The notes: generated by a model not told the origin, from the letters alone. A stretch of 64,000 nt of DNA from Octopus vulgaris (GCA_951406725.2 OX597827.1:27094001-27158000), one strand, 5' to 3'. Shown: positions 1-16,115, counted from the stretch's first letter. Numbers and translations are program-made.

Positions 1-94
1 CGCTCAATAAACATTCACAACGCCCGGTCTGGAAATTGAAACCACGATCCTACGACCGCAACTCCGCTGCTCTAACCACTGGGCCATTGCGCCT
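1..94 (-). mobile_element. tRNA-derived SINE head (family S1), cut by the window edge
   Basis: The minus strand reads AGGCGCAATGGCCCAGTGGTTAGAGCAGCGG...GGTTTCAATTTCC, with A-box and B-box-like motifs. The same head occurs at ~14510-14605, ~26920-27009 and ~28054-28150. Confidence 0.75.
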
Positions 95-205
95 ATATAT
101 ATGTATATATATATATGTATATATACATATATGTATATATATATATATGTATATATATATGTATATATATATATGTATATATATATATGTATATATATAT
201 ATATG

Positions 206-270
<65 letters not shown>

Positions 271-338
271 GTATATATATATGTGTATATATATGTATAT
301 ATATATGTATATATATATATATATTTTATATATATATA

Positions 339-760
339 GGCGCAGGAGTGGCTGTGTGGTAAGTAGCTTGCTAACCAACCACATGGTTCCAGGTTCAGTC
401 CCACTGCGTGGCATCTTGGGCAAGTGTCTTCTGCTATAGCCCCGAGCCGACCAATGCCTTGTGAGTGAATTTGGTAGACGGAAACTGAAAGAAGCCTGTC
501 GTATATATGTATATATATATTTATGTGTGTATGTGTGTGTATGTTTGTGTGTCTGTGTTTGTCCTCTTAGCATTGCTTGACAACCGATGCTGGTGTGTTT
601 ACGTCCCCGTCACTTAGCGGTTCGGCAAAAGAGACCGATAGAATAAGTACTGGGCTTACAAAGAATAAGTCCCGGGGTCGATTTGCTCGACTAAAGGCGG
701 TGCTCCAGCATGGCCGCAGTCAAATGACTGAAACAAGTAAAAGAGTAAAAGAGAAAAGAG
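339..760 (+). mobile_element. SINE family S2, full length, with internal (TA/TG)n microsatellite
   Basis: tRNA-like head (GTGGCTGTGTGGTAAG...GGTTCAGTCCC), a CORE-like CTTGGGCAAGTG segment, internal microsatellite ~502-552, and a tail ending AAGTAAAAGAGTAAAAGAG. More than 10 related copies occur in the window. Confidence 0.85.
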
Positions 761-2390
<1,630 letters not shown>

Positions 2391-2430
2391 CCCCTCTTAC
2401 AATTTGAATTTATATGTATATATATATATG

Positions 2431-2518
<88 letters not shown>

Positions 2519-2519
2519 G

Positions 2520-2864
<345 letters not shown>

Positions 2865-2958
2865 GATATATATATATATTCTTATATATATATATATATG
2901 TATATATATATGTATATGTATATATATATATGTATATATATATGTATATATATGTATA

Positions 2959-3007
<49 letters not shown>

Positions 3008-3014
3008 GTATATA

Positions 3015-3073
<59 letters not shown>

Positions 3074-3086
3074 GTGTATGTATATA

Positions 3087-3200
<114 letters not shown>

Positions 3201-3214
3201 TTTGTTTCTCAACC

Positions 3215-3525
3215 ACAAGTCGCGGAGTTGAGTTCTAATGGCTGCTATAGCTTTAACTAACCAAAACAATGTGAGTGGATTTGGTAGATAGAAACTGAAA
3301 GAAGTCTGTTGTATATATATATGTTGATGTATATATCTATGTGTGTGTCTCAGTGTCTGTGTTTGTCTCTAACCCATCCGCTGGACAACCGCTGGTGGGC
3401 GTCCTTATGTCCCCATAATCTAGCGGTTCGACACCGATAGTCTAAGTACTAGGCTTCTAATCTTCAAAAAATAATAAGTCCTATGGTCGATTTATTTGAC
3501 TGAAACCCTTCAAGTCTGTACCAAG
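3215..3525 (+). mobile_element. degenerate S2 SINE
   Basis: GTGAGTGGATTTGGTAGATAGAAACTGAAAGAAG, then a microsatellite, then the tail, matching 339-760. Confidence 0.7.
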
Positions 3526-3638
3526 ATCGAGAGAGAGAGGGGGGAGAGAGAGGGAGGGAGGGAGAGAGAGGGGGAATAGGTAGGTAGGCAGATAGACAGA
3601 TAGACAAACGGATGTATAGATAGATAAATAGATGGATG

Positions 3639-3711
<73 letters not shown>

Positions 3712-3741
3712 GTAGATCATAGATAGATAGATAGGTAGATC

Positions 3742-3821
<80 letters not shown>

Positions 3822-3915
3822 GCATCACACGCACATGCATTTATGTAAATGCTTTTTATATTTCATGGTTTAACGTGGCCCTGAATGTCTTGGCCCCTTA
3901 TGGGCAATAAAAGAA

Positions 3916-3974
<59 letters not shown>

Positions 3975-4352
3975 TGCTTTTAGTAGTTGTAGTAGAGGAG
4001 TTCGTTTTTAGTCTTTGTTTTTGTTTTCATAATTGAACAATGGGAATGCTTAAATGTGTGTGCAATAGCCAATCGTATAGGCGCTTGTATCTCGTGTGTT
4101 GAGTATATGTTGCGCGTATGTATGATGAATATGCATGTTTTCGCAAGCGTAACAATTTAAAAGACAAAAAATAAAAAAGTATTTCGATATAAGCACATAC
4201 GCTATTGTTGTATATCGGTTCATGAATTTTTCGGCTTCATTTTAGCACCATGGCTTTGGAAGATCAAACTCGCCATATTGCTTATTTCAAACGAACTATA
4301 CATATATATCAAAAGCCCAAACATCAAAAGTCAATAAATAATAATAATAATG

Positions 4353-4386
<34 letters not shown>

Positions 4387-4410
4387 TAATAATAATAATA
4401 ATAATAATAA

Positions 4411-4441
<31 letters not shown>

Positions 4442-5026
4442 AAGAATAAGAAGAAGCATCTATGAGAGATAATTGAAGTGAACGAAGGTCAACAGTTAAA
4501 TTTGAACTTCCGGAAGTCATTAAGCGGTGGCTGGAGTTACTTGATGTATCAACAAAATCTCCCGCAAATCACACCCAAGAGTTTTAAAGTAGGAAAAAAA
4601 AAAAAAGAAGCTGATATATTGTTTAATGTATGACTCTTGGGTGCACTGTGGCACTGGGAACGACAGGAAGAGAAAAAGAGGCTGAAATGCTTTTTTTGTT
4701 TTTCATCGTGAGGTTTTTCTTTTTATATTTTCTAATATGTTTTTATAAATCTCGATCGACGCAGATCTGAAACCAATCAATGGCGGCAGCAAGAGCACCA
4801 ACAATAACAAAATATGAACTGATTGCACTCTGCAAGGTTTATCCTGCATTATTACTATAATATTACTTATTTTGTTGTTGTTGTTGTTGTTGCTATTGTT
4901 GCATGTATATGTGTGACTGGGCTACAGTGGAATAGCTACTTCACCTCACGCCTTGCTAGAAATAGTAACCAAATCTCTCAAACTCGTAATGTGTCCCTCC
5001 ATATTCTCAATATAAGCATAGTATAA

Positions 5027-5265
5027 AGTGGCGAGCCGGCAGAAACGTTAGCACGCCGGGCGAAATGCGTAGCCGTATTTCGTCTGCCGTTACGTTCTGA
5101 GTTCAAATTCCGCCGATGTCGACTTTGCCTTTCATCCTTTCGGGGTCGATAAATTAAGTACCAGTTACGCACTGGGTCGATGTAATCGACTTAATCCGTT
5201 TGTCTGTCTTGTTTGTCCCCTCTGTGTTTAGCCCCTTGTGGGTAGTAAAGAAATAGGTATTTCGT
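5027..5265 (+). mobile_element. SINE family S3
   Basis: GTGGCGAGCCGGCAGAAACGTTAGC head, B-box GAGTTCAAATTCC, and central GACTTTGCCTTTCATCCTTTCGGGGTCGATAAA (resembles the Meta/Sauria-type SINE central domain, from memory). Many copies in the window. Confidence 0.8.
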
Positions 5266-5764
5266 GGCACGTTAATAGTAAGGATACAATGTATTCCAAG
5301 ATTTACAAAAAGATGAGGTGGGCCTGGATGGAACGGCTTTCATCAAGAATCTCTTTGATCAGGACTGCCATGGAGCTAAACGACAACCACCATCACCACC
5401 ATAGTAACAACAACAACAACAACAATAATAACAACTACTCTAGGCATTCTGTTGAAACATTAAGGCTCGGTCTATATGGCTGACAAACTGGTTCTTCACT
5501 ATTGAAATGAAATCCGCATGGAAGCCTTTTCCCATGTCAACAAACAGAAATTCATCAATTCAAATTGCTATCTTTGAACAAGGCACGCAACTCTGGATGC
5601 ACCAGTCTGTCTGGCTGATACGAAGTTTTCTATCATATTTCACAGTTGAGCATCTATCGGTGAGAGAGTCATCCATCTGTAAAAGCAATCTTCTACAACA
5701 ATATGCAAATTTATATCTAAATCTTGTAAAAGCCTTCTCCGTACGCTACCATACAAAGTGTGCA

Positions 5765-5809
<45 letters not shown>

Positions 5810-6001
5810 GTGTGTAGCGCATGAGTGTGCGTAAAGTGCATGTGTGTGCGTACGCTATATATATATATATATGTATACGAATGTATATTTGCATATAAAT
5901 ATACATATATGTACAAAATGGATATACATATATACCCGTGTGTGTATATATACAAATATATGCACGTATGTGTGTATGTGTACACACACACACATACACA
6001 C

Positions 6002-6051
<50 letters not shown>

Positions 6052-6053
6052 CT

Positions 6054-6109
6054 TATAATACGTTTAAACCGGTATATATATATATATATACCAGTTTAAA
6101 CGTATTATA
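6054..6109. repeat. near-perfect 56-bp palindrome centred on (TA)n
   Basis: TATAATACGTTTAAAC-C-GG(TA)nCC-A-GTTTAAACGTATTATA, with one mismatch. Confidence 0.9.
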
Positions 6110-6468
6110 TTTCTTATATTATACAATCACACACACACACACAAACTAAATGATAGAAACATCTTTTCTACATATCTCTCAATTCGATTATAAACATATA
6201 TGTTTGTGTGTACGTGTTTGTATGTTTCCCAACGTTCGTATGCGTTCGTGCGTATATTTGCATATATTTAAACGAGTCTATATATATATCTGTGTAGTTG
6301 AGTATTAGTGCTTGTGAGTATTAGTGTGTGCATGCGTGTGTTTGTGTGTGTGTGTTTGTTCTGTCTAAATGTGAATATGTACTTGGTTTATGTGCAATTT
6401 CGTTTGTAAAATGAACCAAATATCTAGGCTAAAATATATATGTCGCATACTGTATGTGTATATATTTG

Positions 6469-6527
<59 letters not shown>

Positions 6528-6618
6528 CATACATATCTATATATCTATTTATCTATCTATCTATCTATCAATCTATATATATATATTTACATGCATTTTC
6601 TTTCGTAAACTTTCCCTT

Positions 6619-6660
<42 letters not shown>

Positions 6661-6718
6661 CTATATATATCTATATCTCTCTATATATATATGTGTGTAT
6701 ATATATATAATGTCTATA

Positions 6719-6812
<94 letters not shown>

Positions 6813-7373
6813 CACACATTTAAATGTATTCTTACTTATACGTAAAATGCCGTATGGTGGCGACTGACATGGGGTATAGTTCTGTAAAGAAGCTATCGCT
6901 TCTGCTACAAGTATAAACTTCAGGCTATTTCTATACATAATACAGCTTCAAGCTGACTTAATCTTCGTTGCTCAGTGTGTATTATTAGATTTGAAAACAA
7001 ATTACAGCCAGATTATATCACAATATTGCTAGAAAAAGAATTATTATAAAGAAAATTTACCATCTTTGGCACTCTTGCTTCTGTCTGTGTATGTTCGTGT
7101 GCAGTATACATGCTTACCAAGGTAACTCGGAATGTACGCCTTTGGTTCTTAAACACACTAACATAGACATACACACAAACCCGTTCAGACATAGAAAGAG
7201 AGAGGGGGAAGATTACATTTGTAGCAATTTATATTTTTTATATAAATTACAGCATTTTATATATTTTTTTACCTCTCTTAGACATATATAAAGTACGCAA
7301 TACGTTTTTATATTTATATTCTATAGCTTAGGTTAAGCTTGTTTTAGGTATACCAACTAATGTATATAGCTGT

Positions 7374-7425
<52 letters not shown>

Positions 7426-7436
7426 TTACTTATACC

Positions 7437-7479
<43 letters not shown>

Positions 7480-7483
7480 TCAC

Positions 7484-7516
<33 letters not shown>

Positions 7517-8024
7517 AATTTTCTGTGCTGCTGCTTGGAAACTGAATGCAATGGTTTCAACCAGCCAAAATATATTCCTCTACATCAGCGTTAATTCTCA
7601 ATAGACATTGATATATAGCGATATACATCGCTATATGAAACCATTGGTAAGGTATCGACTTCATGTGATAAGGGAGTAAACGTATAATTCACACTCTAAC
7701 AACGTGCTCTAAAGTAATTTTTCTTCAGTTCATCATGAAATCACACACACACACACATAGACACACACACGTACGCTTACGCACGCACGCACACAGACAC
7801 ACACATACACACACACACACAAAACATACACACACAATTTTGGGTGGATGGAGGGATGGAGAAACGTGGATGTAGATACTTGTATAAATATAGATGTAGG
7901 GATAGATATGCGGATAGACAGACAGACAGACAGACAGGTAGGTAGGTAGAGAGAGAGAGAGAGGAGGGGGGATTATAGATAGATAGAGAGAAAGACAGCT
8001 AGCTAGCTTGATATATAGATAGAT

Positions 8025-9003
8025 TTGAACACAGAGGGGACAAATACAAATGTAGAGCTTTTTTAAAATTCCGATGAAAAGGGATCGGTGGGAAAAACGA
8101 TCAAAAGGGATCGTGTATCACAGAAAAGTTTTAAAAATGTAAAAAGCAAGATTAGGTTTATCCATGGAAAGAAAAACCTGCGGAAAAGACCAGGCTAACC
8201 TCAGGTAGGGAGGGAATAAACGCATGAGAGCAAAGAGCTCTCTCTCTCTTTTGGATTTACAGGATCATACTCAAAGTGGTTTCTTCACTCACACGCACCA
8301 TCTTTGCTACATTTACCCACCTTTTTTTGAAACTTCCACGAGACAAAACCTGCCTCTCCATTCTCACCTTCCTTTTCAAGTGGTACTTGAGAAAGTTGAC
8401 GAGTGATTGGCCAGAGAGGTAGGTGTTTGTCTCAAATCCTTTCGCTCGAGTCCACTATCACATTCTTTCACCATGGCCACCGGTACGATGAAGATTACCT
8501 TGTAGCGGAGCAATTGTCACAATAGACTCGGCCGACATGCGGACTCGTGCCACACGTGACAACAGCCGTTCGGCATAAGCCCACAGGTCCGAAATGGTTG
8601 GACACTGCACGAGTGCGTGCAGACCGGTTTAGTCGTTCTGACCGCACCTCGGGCAAGTCGGTCCAGTGTGTCTCGAACTGTGCCTGTAGAGCTTATGCCG
8701 AACATGTAATGCATCTCGATAGCACTGCCAGGCCAGGGATCTCTGGTGATTGCCCATAGGTCCCGGTCCGAAAGTTGTCCTGGGTCAAATGTTCCTCGTC
8801 GATGCCCAAATTCTGCCCGAGAAAAATCGTTTCACCTCCCCTCCAGTAATCCTCTATAGAACGTCTTTGTGGAACTGAAGTTGCACAAGTTTGGTCCCGG
8901 ACGGCAGAGTTGCTTGAGAGCAACACGACACACGCGGTGCCATTTGCCTAGCCTCGGTCTCTGTTTGATCCACGACTGTGGTTTGGCCAAGGAGACGAGC
9001 TGC
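8025..9003 (-). mobile_element. degenerate 3' fragment of a Tx1/L1-clade LINE related to 31413-37490
   Basis: Colinear similarity with 31440-32530 (e.g. CGTTCGGCATAAG, GCCAGGGATCTCTGG, GGACGGCAGAGTTGCTTGAGAGCAAC, and AAGGGATCG motifs in the 3'UTR). Confidence 0.9.
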
Positions 9004-9353
9004 AAGAGACCGCATGATTAGATTGAAACAATGACATCGTGAAAGCAGACATTACAGACCATTTCAGAGCACATTTTCCTTTCATTTTTTTCTTTCTTCT
9101 TTCTATTTTTATAGTTTTACTTTCGTCCGGTAAAGTTTTGGTCTGAAAAATTCCACTTGTATGCTGGTAAATACGATACGTTCCAAATGTGCAAGGAAAC
9201 TTTTTGACACTTCATAATAGACAGTACTAAATAGAAATTAAACGAAAAGTGAATGTAACTATTCTTTGTGCATTCTTAAGCTCACGATGTAATACACACA
9301 CACACATATATATACATATATATGTGTGTATATATATATACACCCACATATAT

Positions 9354-9404
<51 letters not shown>

Positions 9405-9689
9405 CACACACCATTGCATATACACACCAGCCAGCCGTCACACACTCAAAATCCTGCGCCATTGCAGTCTTCACATTGGAAAGCCTCTCCGTTTTTGAGA
9501 TCTCACCATATGGATGCACTCTTATAAGCGCATCCCGACCTGAGTCCATTTCCAACTGCCCTACCACTACATAGAATTGCATTCCCACACGGTCCCTAAT
9601 CTCCTCTCCCGCTTTTTGTTCCCACCATTCTCAGAGACCTCGTATTAGTGTCATGGCCAACGCGCTGCTTTCTGAATAAAAACAAATGG

Positions 9690-9766
<77 letters not shown>

Positions 9767-10094
9767 TATGTCTTGCTAAATCTTTATGTAATTTAGCGTG
9801 AAAAATTTTTAAGGGATATAGCTTTGAATTTATTAATTTATTATTATTATTACAGCTAATTATTTACCCTGGGTATTCAGGTCAATTTCCTTCTTCATAA
9901 CCTATTTTTCATTTAAGTCTTTCTATGATTTTTTGATAGTAATATGATTTTAAACCGCAATTTGTTATTTCATACAACCGGTTATTGAAAAGACCGTTAG
10001 TTGAAAGGACCAATGAAACAAAACCATTTTCAAATGTGTATCCATTAAAATAATTGTATTTCTGCATATAATTTTATCTTGCTCCATTCTAAAC

Positions 10095-10140
10095 AAAACC
10101 GCCCGATGAACGGGAACGTGAAACTCTGAGTAACAGCTTA
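10095..10140 (+). ncRNA. type I hammerhead ribozyme-like motif (family HJ, degenerate copy)
   Basis: AAAACCGC-CCGATGA-ACG(GGAA)CGT-GAAAC-TCTGA-GTA-ACAGCTTA. Homologous, including the downstream flank, to 62425-62470. Confidence 0.65.
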
Positions 10141-10398
10141 TGTGATATTTTTACTGCTTTTTCATAAAGTATATGTATGTATGAATGTATGTATGTATGT
10201 ATGTATGTACGTATGTATGCATGTATGTATGCATGCATGTGTTTCCGCGTGTGTGTAGAGAGAGAGAGGAAGCGAAATACACATGTAACGAGTTTTGTAT
10301 ACGCACATTCGTACACACACACACTCATACACCATGCATATACAGTCAAAAGTATACATTCATTTACTTGTCTATGCATAAGCATATGAAATACGTAC

Positions 10399-10586
10399 GT
10401 TTTTTCTCTCCTTTTTTTTCTCTCCTTGTTTTTCCTTGTTTTTTCTGTGTATCTTTCTGTCGAAGAGCGTATGCTCGAAACGTAAAAGACTTTTTCTATT
10501 TCTATTCCTGAGTGCTATACTAATACATTTGTTTGTTTGTACTCCACCTGCCTTCGTCTTTTGTTTATTTTCGTAAACTTTGCCGT
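10399..10586 (+). mobile_element. family HA hammerhead-bearing element, copy 2
   Basis: TCTTT-CTGTCGA-A-GAGC(GTAT)GCTC-GAAAC-GTA-AAAGA at 10452-10489. Followed by (TA)n. Confidence 0.7.
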
Positions 10587-10662
10587 TATATATATATATA
10601 TATATATATATATTTCATATACAGGGTTTTACATATATACTTGAGATGTGTGTGTGTGTATG

Positions 10663-10745
<83 letters not shown>

Positions 10746-11531
10746 TAGAAATGTATATATATATTGTATACATGTTTACGAATATAATATTATACATATG
10801 TCATATATAAAGATATTTGCATGTATAACCATATTTACGTGAGTCGCTGAGAAAAATAGAAAGCCACTTAAAATTGCCGAATTGCAGAAATGTAGAATGG
10901 CTGACTCACTCTGTAGATAAATGACACATATAAACCTATATGCGTCAGTGAATTTTTCTAATGGTTTTCCTTATTACTAAATCCTTTCTTTATTTTATAC
11001 AGGTTATGTCCATTATCAGCTTTAAATCCCTTGCACCTAACGAACAACTTTAAACAAAAATGAAAGGCTCCGATGGAATAGGATTGGAAATTCTTAAAAG
11101 ACGCCAGCTTCTGGCATCAGAGCTGAGTACAACTTGAGGTAAATGTTTGCTTTTGACGCCATTTTGGCTGTTGTAGTCGCTGTAATTTTTGTAATGATTC
11201 TCTTTAAATTATTGTTGTTGTGAATTGTTCTACTTCCAGCATGCATCTGTAAACCATGACACGGAAATGTGAGAGTGGGCAAATGACCCTTATGCTCAGG
11301 GGAAAACGTATTTTTTGTAGGGCTTGCTTCATTGGATCCAAAGAAGTGATCTATTCCATTGGAGTATTCTGTTGTTACTTTTTTTTTGGGTGGGGGGTTC
11401 TTTTAACATTTTTACACGTCAAACGAAACCGCCCTCCACCCACCATGTTTTGTGTTTTATCCTTTGTACAGCCTTGTGTTCTTTGAGCTCTCCTGAGTAA
11501 TAAAAAATCATTATCAGTATTATCATTAAAG

Positions 11532-11730
11532 CAGTGAGCTGGCAGAATTACTAGTGCGTCGGACAAAATGCCTGGTGGTATTTCTTCCGGTTTTAAATTC
11601 TGTGTTATTATGCCGTCGAGGTCAACATTGCCTTTTATCATTTCGGGGTCGATAAAATAAGTACCTGACAAGTACTGGGGTCACTGTAATCGACGAGCCC
11701 CTATCCCAAAATTTCAGGCTTTGTGCCTTA
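11532..11730 (+). mobile_element. S3 SINE
   Basis: Matches the 5027 head and core. Tail CCCAAAATTTCAGGCTTTGTGCCT. Confidence 0.75.
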
Positions 11731-11810
11731 TTATACACACACACATTCTTTGATTTGTCCTATACTGTCCATAAAGATTTTTTTAATATAAACCCTTGTG
11801 GTTAATAAAG

Positions 11811-11889
<79 letters not shown>

Positions 11890-11894
11890 TATTA

Positions 11895-11995
11895 TTGAGT
11901 GAGAGAGCAGTGCATGCCATCCAAGTGACACTGGGGTAGAAATATATGAAGCCCAATATACCCATAATGACCACCCGTCTGATAAGAGTACAGCC
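11895..11995 (-). mobile_element. short 3' fragment of the (AAT)n-tailed element at 55151-55696
   Basis: GAGCAGTGCATGCCATC...CTGGGGTA is shared with 55151-55250. Abuts (ATT)/(ATC)n. Confidence 0.7.
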
Positions 11996-12554
11996 ATTAC
12001 ATACTACATTAGTTGGCAGGAATGTTGTCTCGATTGAATAATTCTACATTGTTTTTTTTTTCGTTATTTATCTTTTTATCTATTCATTTATTTTGTCTTC
12101 TGAAATCACATCTGGTCTTCCTGTATTTCAGTTCTATGGTCAGACGTTATGGAGCATTCTCATAAAACCTTGTAATAATTATTATTCTCCATCACAGCTT
12201 CTGACTCGTGTTGATATGATTTTTCTCTTCTTATACTCGGCTAACATCCCAATGCAATTTATTTTTACCAATACAGTCATGCCTACGTTTAGATGCTAGC
12301 TTACTGCATTCACCTAAGAGATGGTGTTTATACTTCCGTCTCTTTTCCACAGATTCTGCGTTTGCTCTCCGACTGAGTTTTATCAATCTTTGCCTTTATC
12401 AGATTTCTTTTTGTTGTTAAAGTGGTCCTGGTTGTATATTGGTTCGAAAATAAAGAATAGATAACCTCTGTTTGAATATCTTTGATCATAGCTTTTCCTT
12501 GGAGCTATACACCATCATCACTGCAGCGATTCAGTTGTTTAAGAAAGACGAGTC

Positions 12555-13010
12555 ACGTACTCATTTAGTACAGTCAAAATCACATCCCTTAAATCGTGTA
12601 TATACCTTAAAGTATTTACTTGTAAGTATATGGCCATGCATATTAGGTAGTGGCCGAAAGAGTACGGTGGCGAACACAAGGAGCCAAATGGGATTCCATC
12701 GAAAGATATCTGGATTAACGTTACTCGACGCGGTTACTCTCCAAGTCAAGCCACCACTTCTCTGAATTGAGAAGTCACAGCTCCGGTACTGCGGACACGT
12801 GATTAGAATGTCGCTGAAAAACATCATGACACGGGGTTGGCCGCCACACAACAGGGATAGACCAACATCAAGATGGTTAGATGCTATCCATAATCTCAAT
12901 TGGTCAAACTTGGTAATCCAGCCAGAAAGTCTAATGGCGACATCTTCTAATAGGAGGGGTGGGGGAGATTCTATCCTCTCAACCCTCCTAGAAATAGAAG
13001 GCGGACAGAA
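12555..13010 (+). mobile_element. degenerate RTE-clade LINE 3' fragment
   Basis: Fragmentary translations YGH..., QMGFHRKISGLTLLD, IEKSQLRYCGHVIRM and RDRPTSRWLDAI resemble the RTE post-RT region. Confidence 0.65.
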
Positions 13011-13067
13011 ATATTGGCTGAAAAGACTGGACAGTATACTTGTATCAATAAGTGATTGAGATAAAAT

Positions 13068-13275
13068 AAAGCGGCGAGCGGGTAAAATCGTTAAAGCGAC
13101 GGGCAGAATGCTTGGCGGTCTTTCGTCGGTCTTTCTGAGTTCAAATTCAATCGAAGTCGACTTTACCTTTCTGGATCTACAAAACAGATCCTAGTTGAGT
13201 GCTTGGATTCATATGATTGACTAATCCCCACCCCAACCTCCGAACTTGCACGCCTTGTACCAAAATCTGAAATCG
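13068..13275 (+). mobile_element. degenerate S3 SINE
   Basis: GGCGAGCGGGTAAAATCGTTAAAGC head and GAGTTCAAATT...GTCGACTTT core. Confidence 0.65.
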
Positions 13276-13310
13276 ATAAGTGTCTGAGTAAGATATATAT
13301 ATATAAAATA

Positions 13311-13449
13311 GGAGCTTGCTTCCTAACAACGTGGTTTCAGGTTCAGTTCCACTGCGTGGCACCTCGGGCAACAATCGTCTACTATAGCCTCGAGCCGACC
13401 AAAGACTAGTGAGTGGATTTGGTAGACGGAAACTGAAAGAAGCCCGTCG

Positions 13450-13492
<43 letters not shown>

Positions 13493-14072
13493 TTGGGTGT
13501 CTGTATTTGTCTCCCATCATCGCTTGACAACCGATGTTGGTGTGTTTACGTCCCAGTAACTTAGCGGTTCGGCAAAAGACACCGATGGAACAAGTCTTGG
13601 GATCGATTTGTTCGACTAAAGGCGGTGCTCCAGCATGGCTACAGTCAAATGACTGAAACAGATAAAAAATAAAAGAATAGACCACGGGCTTCTTTCAGTT
13701 TCCGTCTACCAAATCCACTCACAAGGCTTTGGTCGGTCAGAGGCTATAGTAGAAGACACTTGGACAAGGTGCCACGCAGTGAGACCGAACCTAAGGCCAT
13801 GTGGTTTGGAAGTAAGCTTCTTACCACACAGCCACACCTATGTATGTATGTATATATGTGTGTGTCTTTGTGTCTGTGTTTGTATCCCTCTCCCCACGCC
13901 ATCGCTTGACAACCGATGCTGGTCTCTTTACATCGCCGCAACCGAGCGCTTCGGCAGCAGAAACCGATAGAATAAATACCAGGTTTACAAAGACTAAGTC
14001 CAGGGTTGATTTCTTCGATTAAAAGGCGCTGCTCTAGCATGGCCGCAGTCAAATGACTGAAACAAGAGAGAA
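13311..14072. mobile_element. S2 SINE (13311-13680, +), then an inverted S2 head (13685-13839, -) and an S2 tail (13860-14072, +)
   Basis: Direct alignment to 339-760. Confidence 0.8.
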
Positions 14073-14106
14073 AAAAATATGAAAAGAATAAACATACTAT
14101 ACAATG

Positions 14107-14605
14107 TGTGACCTCACCTTTGATCGTGACTGTCCCTGGGATTGTACCTAGAAAGTTACACTCCGAGGCACAAGTCCAAGCAAGGTTGTTTGTGGAAGAC
14201 CAGCAGTCGCCCATGCATACCGGCCTCCCCTCTCCACGCCACCAGTGTTATCCAAGAGAAAGGCAAGGGGTCCAATGCAGCTTGGCACAAGTGACGTCGC
14301 AGTTCATTTATTAACGTGTAAGTGACTGAGCACTCCACAGATACGTGTACCCTTAACATAATTCTCGGGGTGATTCAGCGTGACATAGAGTGTGACTAGG
14401 CTGGCTCTTTGAAATACAGGTACAACAGTATCAAGAAAAAGGGTGAGAGAAAGTTGTGGTGAAAGAACACAGCAGGGTTCACCACCACCAACTGCCGGAG
14501 CCTTGTGGAGATCAATAAACACTCACAATGTCCGGTCTGGGAAACGAAACTGCAATCCTACGACCGCGAGTCCGCTGCCCTAACCACAGGGCCATTGCGC
14601 CTCCA
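14107..14605 (-). mobile_element. S1 SINE, long-tail variant
   Basis: Head as at 1-94. Body shared with 28054-28335. Distinct 3' part at 14107-14310. Confidence 0.75.
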
Positions 14606-15757
14606 CATACTATACAACATATAAATTTATTCTTCATACGTAAATATTTTTGAGTTTGGTGAAAAATAATCTTTCGGAACATAGTTCTCTGGAGAGAAGC
14701 TACCGTTTTCTGACAGCACAGAAGGTGTAGCAGACCCAATTCCTAATTAAATAGGAAGTGCAGTTCTTTTGGCACTCAGCTCCATATGTTCGGTCTTAGA
14801 GGGTAATCAACCCGAAGTAATATTAATTGTAAAACTAATTAAACATATATGAATATGTTTACGTTCGCATGCTTGTGTGCATACATGTATGTCTGTGTAT
14901 ATGTATGTGTGTATGTATACGTTTATGTATGTATGTATGTATGTATGAATGTATATGTATGTATATCTATGTGTGTGTATGTAGGTGTGTGTATGTATTT
15001 TCATGTGTATTTATGAATATGTAAATGAATGTAAATCTTGGTGTAAGTATGTACATGTATCGTATGTGTATATGTATGTGTGTGTATATAAACATACATA
15101 CATATACATACAATGTATATAAACAATGTAAACGTGTGTATACATATATGTGTATATACTTGTAATTATGTATATCTATATACATATACGTACGTGTATC
15201 TATGTATGCATATATACACATATGAATGCATATATATGTGTATGTGTGTATGTATGTACGTGTATCTATGCATTTGTATATATACATGTGTGTATGCATG
15301 TATATACATATATCAACATGTATGAGTGTATATACTTCAATGCGTACATACTCGTATGCTTGTTTGCGTGTACAAGCGGGTGTATATAAATGAGAGTGCG
15401 TCTATTTTCACATTAAATTACTCGAAATATTTAAGATAACCACATCTTAATAAATCACATCTGGTTGATATTAAGAATTTTCACTTCTTTCGCAAAAGCC
15501 GGGGTGGACGTACGGGTGGGTGGACGTATGGGTGGGTGGACGTATCGTTTTACACACATAACGGTTTACTTCAGTTCTAGATAAATAGCTATATCTAAGA
15601 ATATGTGTGCATATGAATGCGGTTATGTGTAAGTATGTATGTGTATATATAGATATTATATACATATGTATACACACACACATACATACTATTATATATT
15701 ATATACACATACATATGTATATATATGATATATATATACATATATAAACACACACAC

Positions 15758-15812
<55 letters not shown>

Positions 15813-16066
15813 CATATATATATATATGTATGTATGTATATATATATGAATATCTATGCATATATGAATACATATATACAGAAACACATACACACACATA
15901 TACGTGAATGCAGGTATATATTTATATGTGGGTGTGTTTGTAAACATAAGTATATATATTTGTGTGTGCGTGTGCGTGTGTGTATCTATCGATATGTATG
16001 AATATGTGTGTATGTAGTTTTATACATACATATACAGAGATAGATAGATACATACATGTGGATATG

Positions 16067-16115
<49 letters not shown>

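Noticed and set aside
11003-11144. Plus-strand exon (TTTTATACAG...GAG|GTAAAT)
   Set aside because: It has no recognisable coding content or partner exons, and such signals arise by chance in AT-rich DNA.
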